Origin: Candidatus Latescibacterota bacterium
GTDB lineage: Bacteria > Latescibacterota > UBA2968 > GCA-2709665
NCBI GenBank assembly: GCA_965248435.1
Contig: OZ252100.1
Span: 5,376,001 to 5,440,000 of the forward strand
Length of the DNA stretch: 64,000 nucleotides
Direction: 5' to 3'
Part shown: one piece after another, positions 39,952 to 49,962 of the stretch
How positions within the stretch are numbered: position 1 is the first letter of the stretch
Layout of the letters: every line of letters begins with the position of its first letter
Position numbers and translations under genes: made by a program
Notes under the pieces: model-generated
Databases searched by the model: none
Told to the model about the DNA's origin: nothing
The model's input: the letters and a program-made list of their open reading frames with translations, nothing else

Positions 39952-41328
39952 ATGACGGGTTTTTTCGCAGGCAGAACATTTCGGTATGGATCAAACACGT
40001 TCGTCGCCGTGCTGATGGTCCTGGGCATTCTGATTGTCGTCAATTTCCTGGCCGCTCGCTATAGTCGCCGCTTTGATTTGACTGAAGAGAACATATACAG
40101 CCTTTCAGACCAGACGGTGACCTTGCTGGACTCCCTGGAAGTCGACGTCCGTGTTACGGCATTCTTCCGAGATCGAGACCGACAGAAATTGGAAAGCCTT
40201 CTCAAGGAATATGCCTACTATTCTGAACGTTTTTCATATCGCTTCGTGGATCCGGATCGAGAGCCTGCAGAAGCCAGAAGGTATGGCATCAAGTCTTACG
40301 GGACTTCGGTGATCGAGGCCGGAGAAAAAGAGGAGCGCCTGGTAACACGAGTGGAAAAGGATCTTACAAACGGGATCGCGAAGGCAATCAGAGAAGGCAC
40401 AAAAATCATCTATTTCCTGGCTGGACACGGCGAAGTTTCCACGGGCAATGCAGATCGGGAGGGCTACCAGAAGGTAAGAGAGGCCCTGCTCGACATCAAT
40501 TACGAGGTCCGGGACTCGCTCATTTTGGCCCAGGCCAGGCAGGTTCCCGATGACTGCGACCTTCTCGTGGTCGCCGGTCCCAGGAAACCGCTATTCGAAT
40601 CCGAGGTCGATCTCATACGAACCTATTTAGAGGGTGGAGGGGCCGGCTTATTCCTGCTCGATCCAGGCGTAGTAACGGGATTGGATCGGATGCTGGAAGG
40701 CTGGACCGTTCGTGTTCACGATGATTTCGTTGTGGACGGAAGCGCCGTGGGGAGGGTTTATGGGCTCGATCTCTCTATGCCGGTTGCAGCCAAATATGGC
40801 AAGCATCCCGTTACGGCAAAGCACGCAGGTTTGATGACCTTCTTCAGGATGGCCCGATCTGTGAGTCGCACAGGGACCGCGGTCGGTGTAGAAGCCGTTG
40901 AATTGGTCCACACTTCGAAGCAGAGTTGGGGAGAGACCGAGTTCGCAGGTGAAAAACCGAAATTCGACCCCGAGTCAGAGCGACGGGGTCCACTTTCCAT
41001 TGCTGTCGCGGTGAAGGCCGATCCCAAAAGACGCCAGCTGAGACTCGGGGATGCAGCCGACCGGAAAACGCGAATGGTCGTCTTCGGCGACTCCGATTTC
41101 GCGAACAATCAGTTCTTCAGTGCCCAGGGCAACGGAGACCTGTTGTTGAATGCGGTGAGCTGGCTCCTGGAGGAGGGGGAACTCATCGCCATTCGGGCAA
41201 AGGAGCGCAGCTTCAGGCCGATTCTGCTGACGCTACGAGACGAGACCTGGATGTTCATCCTGTCGCTGGTGATCCTGCCCGCGCTTCCTGTTGTTGCAGG
41301 GATCGTGGTCTGGTGGCGGAGGCGCTGA
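39952..41328 (+). CDS. GldG-family ABC auxiliary protein
   Basis: RFDLTEENIYSLS, YFLAGHGE, VVFGDSDF, C-terminal TM + WWRRR. Confidence 0.88.
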   Translation: MTGFFAGRTFRYGSNTFVAVLMVLGILIVVNFLAARYSRRFDLTEENIYSLSDQTVTLLDSLEVDVRVTAFFRDRDRQKLESLLKEYAYYSERFSYRFVDPDREPAEARRYGIKSYGTSVIEAGEKEERLVTRVEKDLTNGIAKAIREGTKIIYFLAGHGEVSTGNADREGYQKVREALLDINYEVRDSLILAQARQVPDDCDLLVVAGPRKPLFESEVDLIRTYLEGGGAGLFLLDPGVVTGLDRMLEGWTVRVHDDFVVDGSAVGRVYGLDLSMPVAAKYGKHPVTAKHAGLMTFFRMARSVSRTGTAVGVEAVELVHTSKQSWGETEFAGEKPKFDPESERRGPLSIAVAVKADPKRRQLRLGDAADRKTRMVVFGDSDFANNQFFSAQGNGDLLLNAVSWLLEEGELIAIRAKERSFRPILLTLRDETWMFILSLVILPALPVVAGIVVWWRRR

Positions 41329-41368
41329 ACGGTCTAGGCTGACTTGCTATGCCGGCCAGAAAGGTCAT

Positions 41369-42739
41369 ATGGGCTTTCGGACGACGGCAGTTCTAGGGAC
41401 GCTCTTTATCGCGCTGCTCGCGTTCCTTTACTTCTACGAATCGGAGCTTTCGAAGGAGCGAAGGCGGGCGAGGGAAGAGGAGAAAAGCGTCCTCAGCATT
41501 GACAAGGAAGCCGTAACGCGTATTCAAATCCTGTGGGCAGACACGGTTCTCGTTGCTGTGAAGGAAGGCAAGGATTGGCAGATTCTGGAGCCGATCCGTT
41601 TCGAGGGGGACAACGGAAACTTTGACGGGCTCGTCACGATCGCGAGCGAGATCGACAGAGAGCGGGTGATCGCTGAGAGCACGGCCGTGGAAAACGGGGA
41701 AGTGAATATTGCGGAGTTTGGACTTGCGGATCCCGGAGTCGTCGTGGAGCTCCACCAGGAAGGGAAGGATCCGGATACGGTCTATGTCGGCGACCGGACG
41801 CCCGTTGAGGGGTATTTCTACCTGAGACGGTCCGGAAACCCCGAAATCTTGATGAGCAGTGGCTGGCGCAAGGATTTCTTTCAGAAAGGGCTGTTCTACC
41901 TGAGGGACAAGCAGATCTTGCCTTTCCGTGTGCTTGAAGATGTACAAAGGATCGAGTTTGTCTTGCAAGGTCACGTGATCGAGGCAGTGAAGCAGGGGGA
42001 ATCCTGGCGCCTGGAACAGCCCCTGGTAGACCGAGCAGACGATGGGGCAGTAAAAGGACTACTCAATCGGGTGCGATCCGGGAGGATCCTGGAGTTCGTT
42101 GATGAACGGGGTGAGGACCTCGCCTCCTATGGGCTTGAACGACCGTGGGCAAGAATCTCCCTTCAGGAGGGAGACGAGAAGAAGACGCTGATTCTGGGGG
42201 ATTCAACGGCGTCTAACGGCAATACGCGGTTCTATGGAAAGTACCTGCCGAGGGCTCCGATCTTTCTGGTCGACAAGAGCCTTGTAGGGCAACTGATTGC
42301 GTCTTCCGCAGGTCTGCGACACAAGCAGATTTTTGCTTTCAACCCAGAGGGTGTTGATCGGGTATCCCTGGTCTATCCTGACAGCACCGTGAACTGCGAG
42401 ATTGATGCGACCTCAAATGAATGGGTCGTGCAGTCTCCTCCCTCGCGGTTGGTTCTTAGGAGCAATGTCGAGTCGCTAATCCGGCGGGCGAGTGCGATGA
42501 AAGCGAAAGGCTTCGTGTCTGAAAATCTGGACGATTCGAGAAAGTACGGTCTGGATCAGCCGACCGTCGTAGCAAAATTTTGGAAGGGCACGGAGTTAAG
42601 AAGGAGAATTACAGTTGCAGCAGGCGACGCCGTCATCTACGCCACAATGGATTCCAGACCTCAAGTCGTCGTGGTCTACGATAACGCTCTGGATGAATTG
42701 AAGCTGGAATTGATTCAGAAGCGAACAGGTTCAGAATAG
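41369..42739 (+). CDS. DUF4340 domain protein (repeated units)
   Basis: N-terminal TM; repeated 'W...P....AD....L...(F/Y)GL..P' units; follows gldG. Confidence 0.75.
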   Translation: MGFRTTAVLGTLFIALLAFLYFYESELSKERRRAREEEKSVLSIDKEAVTRIQILWADTVLVAVKEGKDWQILEPIRFEGDNGNFDGLVTIASEIDRERVIAESTAVENGEVNIAEFGLADPGVVVELHQEGKDPDTVYVGDRTPVEGYFYLRRSGNPEILMSSGWRKDFFQKGLFYLRDKQILPFRVLEDVQRIEFVLQGHVIEAVKQGESWRLEQPLVDRADDGAVKGLLNRVRSGRILEFVDERGEDLASYGLERPWARISLQEGDEKKTLILGDSTASNGNTRFYGKYLPRAPIFLVDKSLVGQLIASSAGLRHKQIFAFNPEGVDRVSLVYPDSTVNCEIDATSNEWVVQSPPSRLVLRSNVESLIRRASAMKAKGFVSENLDDSRKYGLDQPTVVAKFWKGTELRRRITVAAGDAVIYATMDSRPQVVVVYDNALDELKLELIQKRTGSE

Positions 42740-42796
42740 GCCGCTGGATATCGCGATGAGCGTGAAAACGAGCACGGACACGACCTGGGGGACACA

Positions 42797-43486
42797 ATGA
42801 AAAAGATTTTCACGCTGCTGGGAATCGTCCTGTCGTTTTCACCATGCTTTGCGACTGAGGCGGAGGAGACGAAACCCGCACTGGAAGACAGCATCAAGCT
42901 CAGCAATTACGACTGGGACTACGAACCCTACGTTTCGCATTTGAGGGAACACGTGGAAATCGGAGTCTCGCCTAGACGGGGCTTTAAGCTCGGTTTGGTC
43001 GATGGAAGGATGTGGGTGAGCTTCAAGCTTCTTCGGAGTGGAAAATCGATTGGCCTGAAGCTGCTGGGGCCTGAGGGGCGCCCGCTCAAGAGGAACCGAT
43101 GGACAAAGGAAATCAGCCTGTATACGAAAGTCAAACCCCTGGCTGACGACTTTCCCGATCAGTATTTGGAAGTGACCGGGATTTTTAATTTTGTCGTCAT
43201 TCGTCTGGACGAGGAGAAAAAAGAACCGTCTGCATCCGAGAGTGAGATCGTCATCATCAACGATGAGGTCGGCGAAGTGATCGACCTGGAGGAAAGAAAC
43301 CGCTTCGGGTTGTTTGGAGACGTCGAGGGATTCCTGTCGGCTTCCTACTTCAAGCATCCTGGTGACGCCTACACGATTCAGCTCCTAACGCTCGATCCCT
43401 CTGGGGAAGAGGTTACGGACGACAATCCTGTCAGCTATGCCGCAGTAGAAATGATCAGAGCGAGCATCGAAGAAAAGAGTGAATGA
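42797..43486 (+). CDS. exported protein with TonB/TolA C-terminal-like segment
   Basis: Signal peptide; WDYEPYV..VSFKLLRSG..KPLADDFPDQYLEVTGIFNF resembles TonB_2. Confidence 0.5.
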   Translation: MKKIFTLLGIVLSFSPCFATEAEETKPALEDSIKLSNYDWDYEPYVSHLREHVEIGVSPRRGFKLGLVDGRMWVSFKLLRSGKSIGLKLLGPEGRPLKRNRWTKEISLYTKVKPLADDFPDQYLEVTGIFNFVVIRLDEEKKEPSASESEIVIINDEVGEVIDLEERNRFGLFGDVEGFLSASYFKHPGDAYTIQLLTLDPSGEEVTDDNPVSYAAVEMIRASIEEKSE

Positions 43487-43527
43487 CGAGCTGGTGAGCA
43501 CGACAAGAACCCGTCAGATTCAAGCCG

Positions 43528-44475
43528 ATGACTCAACGCTGTACCTATCCACTTCTCATCCTCCTCAGCCTGATCTGTACCCACTCCGCTTCCCTCGCTG
43601 AATTCTCTGTTCTTAGTGGCGTCGATCGCGATACGGTTTCGGTTGGCGACCTCATTACGTTTCGGTTGCGCGTTTTGCGAGCACCCGAAGACCGGGTCGA
43701 GATTTTGCCAGGCGTTGGATTTCCGGGTGTCTTCGAGATTCGAGGTCAGCAGGAACCGGTCATTCAAAAGGACAAAGCACAGGTCAAAGAGACCCGTGAT
43801 TATGTTCTGGCCGTTTACCAAACGGGTAGGTTCGAGATTCCCCCACTGGTCGTTGAAGCCGTCTCAGGTGCGGGAGATACCACTCGGATCCCGACCGATC
43901 CGGTCCCGATCGTAGTTCGCAGCGTAATGCCAGAGGGACTTTCCGACATTCTGGACATCAAGCCTCCGGTGGAAGTAGAAGCCCGCGTTCCGTGGTGGGT
44001 ATGGGTTGCGAGTGTCGGGTTTCTCGGGATTGTTGTCGGTATCGTATGGGTTTTGAGGCGGAAACGCCGGAAACCGGTCACCGTGCTACCGCCCCCTCCC
44101 GTTGACTGGAGGGTTGAGGTTGAGAAGATCGCTCGGATGGGGCTGATGGAGAAGGGCGATTACAAACAGTTCTACACGCTGCTTTCCGAATTGTTTCGTC
44201 GTTATCTAGAAGCGGAAGTGGGGATCGAGGCCATGGAGCGCACAACACGGGAGATTGCTACAGATATGAACAAAGGTTCGATTTCAGACGCCACCATAAC
44301 CGCTACTCGCGCGTTTCTGTTGGATGCCGACCTGGTAAAATTCGCGAAATTCAGACCTCCAGAAAAGGTTGTTCGGGCTGCGTCTGAGCAGGTCCTGGAA
44401 TTGATTCAAAGATTGGAGTCGACTCCGACACCTGCCGCGCAAGAAAAGATCTCTACTACGGGGACGTCCGGATGA
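43528..44475 (+). CDS. Bat-operon membrane protein (BatD-like Ig domain + TM + helical C-terminal domain)
   Basis: VDRDTVSVGD, DIKPP, TM, RRYLE..AMERTT, DLVKFAK. Confidence 0.75.
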   Translation: MTQRCTYPLLILLSLICTHSASLAEFSVLSGVDRDTVSVGDLITFRLRVLRAPEDRVEILPGVGFPGVFEIRGQQEPVIQKDKAQVKETRDYVLAVYQTGRFEIPPLVVEAVSGAGDTTRIPTDPVPIVVRSVMPEGLSDILDIKPPVEVEARVPWWVWVASVGFLGIVVGIVWVLRRKRRKPVTVLPPPPVDWRVEVEKIARMGLMEKGDYKQFYTLLSELFRRYLEAEVGIEAMERTTREIATDMNKGSISDATITATRAFLLDADLVKFAKFRPPEKVVRAASEQVLELIQRLESTPTPAAQEKISTTGTSG

Positions 44476-45473
44476 TTCGGTTTGAGGACCCTGAAGCACT
44501 CCTGCTGCTTGCACTTATCCCGGTTTTGCTCTATCGCTATCTGCACCGGGAACGGCAGAAGCGCGGGAGCATTCGATTCTCGGACACGACGCCATTTAGA
44601 GAGATTCCGTCTTCTTTGCTTCTCAAGTTCAGACACAGCTTGATCGTGTTTCGCTGCCTTGCGCTAGTGCTATTAGTGCTTGCTTTGGCCAGGCCCCAAT
44701 CCGGTCGGGAAAGCCGCGAGTTCTTGACTCAGGGGATTGATATCGTCCTCGCGCTGGATGTGTCCAGCAGCATGAAGGCCAAAGACCTCGATCATCAGCA
44801 AAAGAGTCGGCTGGACGTTTGCAAGGAGGTCGTGACCCAGTTCGTGGAAGGCCGCACGAATGACCGGCTGGGGCTTGTCGTGTTCGCGGGCGAGAGCTAC
44901 ACGCAGTGCCCCTTGACGCTCGACTATCGAGTCTTCCAGACCTTCCTGGACCTGGTCGAAATTGCTGGCGATTCTTGGGACGGTACGGCCATTGGCACCG
45001 GAATCGCCACGGCTGTGAACCGTCTCCGGAAGTCTGATGCGAAGAGCAAAGTAGCCATTCTGCTGACGGACGGTGTCAACAACCGGGGAGAGATCGATCC
45101 GATCACTGCTGCGAAAGCGGCGAAGGCCGTCGGCGTACGGATCTATACCATCGGAGCTGGAAGTGATGGAACAGTTAGACGAAAAGTTGACAGCGGAATC
45201 TTCGGATCCCGATACGTTACGGACAAAGTGGAGATCGACGAGGAGGTCCTTAAGGAGGTGGCGGCCATTACCGGAGGACGCTATTATCGGGCGACAAGTG
45301 AACAGAAACTGGAGGAGATCTATACCGAAATCGGCGAGATGGAAAAAGTTGAAATCAAAACCCGAGACTACGTAGATTACGATGAACGCTTCGCAGGCTT
45401 CCTCTGGCCGGGGTTGTTCCTTATCGGGTTGGAGGTGTTGTTGGCGAACACGCGTTTTCGGAGGATCCCATAA
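44472..45473 (+). CDS. batA: BatA-like vWA domain protein
   Basis: ALARPQ, MIDAS DVSSSM, PLTLD, GTAIG, LLTDGVNN. Confidence 0.88.
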   Translation: MIRFEDPEALLLLALIPVLLYRYLHRERQKRGSIRFSDTTPFREIPSSLLLKFRHSLIVFRCLALVLLVLALARPQSGRESREFLTQGIDIVLALDVSSSMKAKDLDHQQKSRLDVCKEVVTQFVEGRTNDRLGLVVFAGESYTQCPLTLDYRVFQTFLDLVEIAGDSWDGTAIGTGIATAVNRLRKSDAKSKVAILLTDGVNNRGEIDPITAAKAAKAVGVRIYTIGAGSDGTVRRKVDSGIFGSRYVTDKVEIDEEVLKEVAAITGGRYYRATSEQKLEEIYTEIGEMEKVEIKTRDYVDYDERFAGFLWPGLFLIGLEVLLANTRFRRIP

Positions 45474-45474
45474 C

Positions 45475-46497
45475 ATGCGGTTTGGCAACCTGGATGCCTT
45501 CTGGTTTCTGGTCATGGTGCCCCTGGGAATTATTTTCTATGTCTGGGCGTTTCACAGGAAGCAGCGCAGACTCGGTGAGTTCGGTAACCCGAAGCTGATG
45601 GAAAAATTGACGTCGGCAACCAGTTGGGCGCGCCAGGGGAGCAAGGCCGCTATGATCATCACAGGGATTTTCTTCCTGGTGTTGGCGCTCGGTCAGCCTC
45701 AGTTCGGCACAAAACTGGAGCTCCTGCACCGGAGGGGCGTCGACATTATGATCGGCCTCGATACCTCCTTGAGCATGTTGGCCGAAGACATCAAGCCGAA
45801 CCGACTTACGCGCGCGCGGTATGAGATCGAAGGACTGATCGACCGATTGGAAGGGGATCGAATCGGACTCGTGGCCTTCGCCGGGAAAAGCTTTGTGTTG
45901 TGCCCTCTGACGCTCGATTACGGTGCCGCAAAGATCTTTCTGGACACGGTAGACACGGACCTGATCTCCGTAAAGGGAACGGCGATCGGAGATGCCGTTC
46001 GGATGGCCACGCGGGCCTTCGGGTCGAGCGAAAAGAAGTACCAGGTCTTGATCCTGATCACCGACGGAGAGGACCACGCCGGAGATCCGCTCGACGCAGC
46101 AGAGGCGGCGGCTGACGCCGGTGTTCGCATCTTCGCCGTTGGCGTCGGGACGCCCGATGGAGAGCTCGTCCCGATTCGAGACGGGGATGAGGTAAATTAC
46201 TTGAGGGATTCCGCGGGGCGTATCGTGAAGACACGTCTGGACCAGGCCACCCTGGAGAAAATGGCTGCGCTGACAGATGGTGCCTATGTGCAGGCCGGCG
46301 GGGGAAGGGTCGGTCTTGAAGAGGTGTATACCAGAATCGCAGAAATGGAGAAGAAAGACCTGGGTTCGCGTGAGTACACTCAATACATAGATCGCTTTCA
46401 ATGGCCTCTGGCGCTTGCCCTGGTCTGCTTCTTGGGTGAGGCGCTGCTTTCAGACCGACGAAAGTTGGGCGGGGAATGGAGAGGACGGTTCCAGTGA
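45475..46497 (+). CDS. batB: BatB-like vWA domain protein
   Basis: DTSLSMLAEDIKPNRL, PLTLDY, ITDGEDH. Confidence 0.88.
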   Translation: MRFGNLDAFWFLVMVPLGIIFYVWAFHRKQRRLGEFGNPKLMEKLTSATSWARQGSKAAMIITGIFFLVLALGQPQFGTKLELLHRRGVDIMIGLDTSLSMLAEDIKPNRLTRARYEIEGLIDRLEGDRIGLVAFAGKSFVLCPLTLDYGAAKIFLDTVDTDLISVKGTAIGDAVRMATRAFGSSEKKYQVLILITDGEDHAGDPLDAAEAAADAGVRIFAVGVGTPDGELVPIRDGDEVNYLRDSAGRIVKTRLDQATLEKMAALTDGAYVQAGGGRVGLEEVYTRIAEMEKKDLGSREYTQYIDRFQWPLALALVCFLGEALLSDRRKLGGEWRGRFQ

Positions 46498-46507
46498 GGA
46501 GAGTTTT

Positions 46508-47272
46508 TTGAAAAGTTTTGCATCATCTTACGTGGTCGCTGTTCTGGTCCTTCCGCTACTGGGCTTCACCTTTCTTGATCCGGTGGCAAAGAAGAATCTA
46601 GAAGGGAATCGATTGTTCGATGAAGGACGGTTCGAAGCGGCCCTTGAGCATTATCGAGAAGCTCAGCTTGAGGATGCGGAATCAAAACAGCTTCACTTCA
46701 ATGCAGGGGATGCCCTTTACAAGCAAGGCAGACACGACGAGGCCATCCAGGAATTCGAGCACGCCTTGGACGACCCTGACGCATCCTTTTCATCGAAGAG
46801 CTTATACAATTTGGGCAATGTCCTCTTCCGGAAGAACCAACTTCATGAAGCGGTCGGTGCATACAAGAAGGCGTTGGAGCTCGATCCGAACGATACGGCC
46901 GCAAAGATCAATCTGGAGTATGTGCGGGACCTTCTAGACCAGCAGGAAGAGGAACAGCGTCAGGAACAGGATAAGCAAGAAAAGGATAAAGAGGAGGGGG
47001 AAGAAGAGGAGTCATCCCCCGAGGATAAAGAGCAAGGCGCCGATGGTCAGCAGAAACCTGAAGACACACAAGACGACAATCAGGAAACACAGCAGCCTAA
47101 CGAGGAAGGGCGCGACGAGACGCGCGAGGATGAGGCAACGCCCAAGGAGGGCGAGCTGAGCCTCGAGGAGGCCGAACGCCTCCTCGAGGCCCTAAAAGCC
47201 CACGAGATAGAAGCTCAGAAGCGGCGCAGGATCCGACTGTCTGAGGAACGATATACTGGTAATGAATGGTAG
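46508..47272 (+). CDS. batC: BatC-like TPR protein
   Basis: TPRs (YNLGN), acidic Q/E-rich linker, EAERLLEAL..W terminus; TTG start after GAGGAG. Confidence 0.8.
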   Translation: MKSFASSYVVAVLVLPLLGFTFLDPVAKKNLEGNRLFDEGRFEAALEHYREAQLEDAESKQLHFNAGDALYKQGRHDEAIQEFEHALDDPDASFSSKSLYNLGNVLFRKNQLHEAVGAYKKALELDPNDTAAKINLEYVRDLLDQQEEEQRQEQDKQEKDKEEGEEEESSPEDKEQGADGQQKPEDTQDDNQETQQPNEEGRDETREDEATPKEGELSLEEAERLLEALKAHEIEAQKRRRIRLSEERYTGNEW

Positions 47273-49151
47273 ATCCGGAAATTATTCCGAGGTGAATCAA
47301 AAGCCTGCAGGTCGCTTCTGGTTCGTGCTGCTGGCTCTGAGTATCGCTGTGCAGATTCCTCAATCCACACTCGCGGGAGAACTTGATTTTCGCGCGAGCG
47401 TAGATAAGAATCGGGTCCAGGCTGGACAGCGTTTGACCCTTACGGTTACGATGTCCTCAGAGGGTCTGAAATCGGCACCGACGCCCGAGTTGGACGCTCC
47501 AGATGGGTTCAGCATTCTGGGTAGGACGTCGTCGAGTTCCACCTCTATCAGCATCGTGAACGGCGCGATGACTACCACTCGGGAGGTTTCATTCGTCTAC
47601 ACATTAGAAGCGGAGCGGGAGGGTTCCTTCCTGATCGGTCCGGCCCGCGTGACACACCAGGGAAAATCCTATAAGACTTCTACGCTTCGAGTGGAAGTGG
47701 TGAAGGGAACGGGAAGAGGACGTTCCCAGTCTGTCCCACGAACAGGAAAGACTCTGAAGGGGACCGACGTTCGCGAAATCGAGGAGAATCTCTTCATCCG
47801 GGCAGAGGCGGACAAGGACAGAGTCTATGTGGGAGAACAGCTGAACCTTTCTTACACGCTCTTTACGAGATACAACCTTCAGAACGTGAGCTACAGTCGA
47901 AATCCGACCTTCACCGGATTCTGGGCGGAATCGCTCTACGACGCCCAGCGGCTCGATCTAAAGCGCGAAAGCGTGCACGGACGGGTATACAACTCGGTGC
48001 TCCTGAAGCGTGTTGCCCTCTTTCCCACAACATCAGGCAGACAAGAGTTGGAACAACTTGAGATTGTTTGCGAGATTCCAGTCCGACGAAACCGAAGGAG
48101 TTTGTTCGACTTTGATGATTTCTTGGATTTAAACCCGTTTCAGGCACAGCAGGTCACCCTACGGTCTGCGCCCACGGAGATCGAAGTGCTTCCCCTGCCC
48201 GCGGGTGCCCCTCCAACCTTCGACGGAGCAGTGGGGCAGTTTCGGATCCTGTCGGAAGTGGATCCAAAGACGATTACTGCGGGGGAACCTGTCTCACTGA
48301 GTGTGACCCTGTCTGGACAGGGCAATCTGAACACTTTAACCGAGCCGGTGCGCCATAAGAGTGATCGGCTTCAGTTCTATGATCCTAAGGTTACCGTTGA
48401 AAAAGAGACGAAGGGAAATCGAATCAGGGGTCGAAAACGGTTTGAATACGTAGTCATTCCAGAAGCATCGGGCCGCATCCAAATCCCGCCGTTTCAGATG
48501 TCCTATTTCGACCCCGCTCAACGGGACTACGTCACGATCGAGACCGAACCTGTGGATCTCCTCGTAACGCAAGGGTTGGATCCCGCCCATACCGTGAGGG
48601 CCCCCCTCCTCAGCCGGGAAGAGATTCGGCTGTTGGGAGAGGATGTCCGACACATCAAACCGGACTTGACCGCCCTCGAGGATCACGGCGGCGCGCTTTA
48701 CAAAGATGGGCGCTTTCTTACCCTTCAGGTTTTACCCGTGATCGCCCTTCTGGGCGTTGTGGCCTACAAGCGGCACCGGGAACGAATGCACGGAGATGTG
48801 GCCTACGCCCGCCGGCGTCGGTCAAAGTCTGAGGCCAAACGCAGGCTGTCACAGGCTCAGAGACTTATGAGGGAGGGGAAGGACGCTGCGTTCTACGCCG
48901 AAGTCTACCGGGCCCTTATCCAGTTTCTGGCCGACCGGTTAAACCTGGCGCCATCCGAGATCCTCGGGGATTCGTCCGACAGGATTCTCGTGGAGCAGGG
49001 CGTACCGCAAGATCTGACGGCCCAGGTCAAGGCTGTACTCTACCAATGCGACATGGCTCGGTTTTCTCCCGCTCAGGCTTCAAATGGTGAAATGAAGAGG
49101 CTGTGCGAGCAGACGGGGGAACTGATTGAGGCGCTCGGAAAGGTGATCTAG
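47262..49151 (+). CDS. batD: BatD family protein
   Basis: Repeated Ig-like domains; SISIVNG, YVGEQ, GAVGQF, GQGNL. Confidence 0.85.
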   Translation: MNGRSGNYSEVNQKPAGRFWFVLLALSIAVQIPQSTLAGELDFRASVDKNRVQAGQRLTLTVTMSSEGLKSAPTPELDAPDGFSILGRTSSSSTSISIVNGAMTTTREVSFVYTLEAEREGSFLIGPARVTHQGKSYKTSTLRVEVVKGTGRGRSQSVPRTGKTLKGTDVREIEENLFIRAEADKDRVYVGEQLNLSYTLFTRYNLQNVSYSRNPTFTGFWAESLYDAQRLDLKRESVHGRVYNSVLLKRVALFPTTSGRQELEQLEIVCEIPVRRNRRSLFDFDDFLDLNPFQAQQVTLRSAPTEIEVLPLPAGAPPTFDGAVGQFRILSEVDPKTITAGEPVSLSVTLSGQGNLNTLTEPVRHKSDRLQFYDPKVTVEKETKGNRIRGRKRFEYVVIPEASGRIQIPPFQMSYFDPAQRDYVTIETEPVDLLVTQGLDPAHTVRAPLLSREEIRLLGEDVRHIKPDLTALEDHGGALYKDGRFLTLQVLPVIALLGVVAYKRHRERMHGDVAYARRRRSKSEAKRRLSQAQRLMREGKDAAFYAEVYRALIQFLADRLNLAPSEILGDSSDRILVEQGVPQDLTAQVKAVLYQCDMARFSPAQASNGEMKRLCEQTGELIEALGKVI

Positions 49152-49924
49152 TGAGGGATCGAAGGTTAGCGAGATCCATATTGATTGGTGCTTTTCTCGT
49201 TCTTCTACCGGCGAGCCGTTCCGATGCGCTCAGTGCCAACGCCTCCATCTACAACGATGCCAACGCGCACTATCGAATCGGTGAGTATGCCGAGGCGGTG
49301 GCTCTGTATGAGCAGCTTGTGCCACGAGGCGTCAGAAACGGATATGTATATCACAATCTCGGCAATGCCCATTTCAAATCTGGTCGGATCGGTAGGGCGA
49401 TCCTGGCCTACGAAAGGGCCTTAGGGTTCCTGCCGGGCGACGAAGATGTTGCCGCGAACCTGAGGTTTGTGAATGCATCGAAGGTGGACAAAGAGCCTGA
49501 GCTCGACGCCAACTTCGCCACCCGCGCGATGAAGACGACTTACGACGCGTTCAGTGCGCATGCCCTTACCCTGTTCGCCAGTATCCTGCTCTTATGTGTC
49601 TACGTGACGGCTGCGGTAATGGCGCTCCTTCCCGGAAAACGGATCCTGTGTGTAGTCCTTTTGGTCGTCCTGGGATTCTCTCTTTCTGGAACCGGGGTTG
49701 TGCTGGCGTTCAAGATCTACGATAGGGAAGTAGCTCAGGAGGCGATCGTCTTGGTGGAAGAGGTCTTAGGCCGTAGCGGACCCGGAGAGGACTATCTGCG
49801 GGTCTTCGCGATACACGAGGGTACGAAAGTTGCGATCGAGCGCGTAGAGAGGGAATGGTTTTTGGTGCGGCTTTCGAATGGGATCGGCGGATGGATAAAC
49901 GCGGCGGGTATCGAGAAGATTTGA
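49151..49924 (+). CDS. batE: BatE-like TPR + SH3 protein
   Basis: HNLGNAHFK..GRAILAYERA; C-terminal RSGP..HEGTKV..GWI. Confidence 0.82.
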   Translation: MRDRRLARSILIGAFLVLLPASRSDALSANASIYNDANAHYRIGEYAEAVALYEQLVPRGVRNGYVYHNLGNAHFKSGRIGRAILAYERALGFLPGDEDVAANLRFVNASKVDKEPELDANFATRAMKTTYDAFSAHALTLFASILLLCVYVTAAVMALLPGKRILCVVLLVVLGFSLSGTGVVLAFKIYDREVAQEAIVLVEEVLGRSGPGEDYLRVFAIHEGTKVAIERVEREWFLVRLSNGIGGWINAAGIEKI

Positions 49925-49962
49925 CGGAAGCGGTTGGGTCTTTTTCAGGAAGGAAGCAGGCT

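Noticed and set aside
38233-41328. Gliding motility inferred from gldA/F/G-like genes
   Set aside because: These ABC families are widespread in non-gliding bacteria, and no gldK/L/M/N or sprB is in the window.
46945-47150. Low-complexity E/Q/K/D-rich stretch
   Set aside because: This is the normal acidic linker of BatC-like proteins, not a DNA repeat element.
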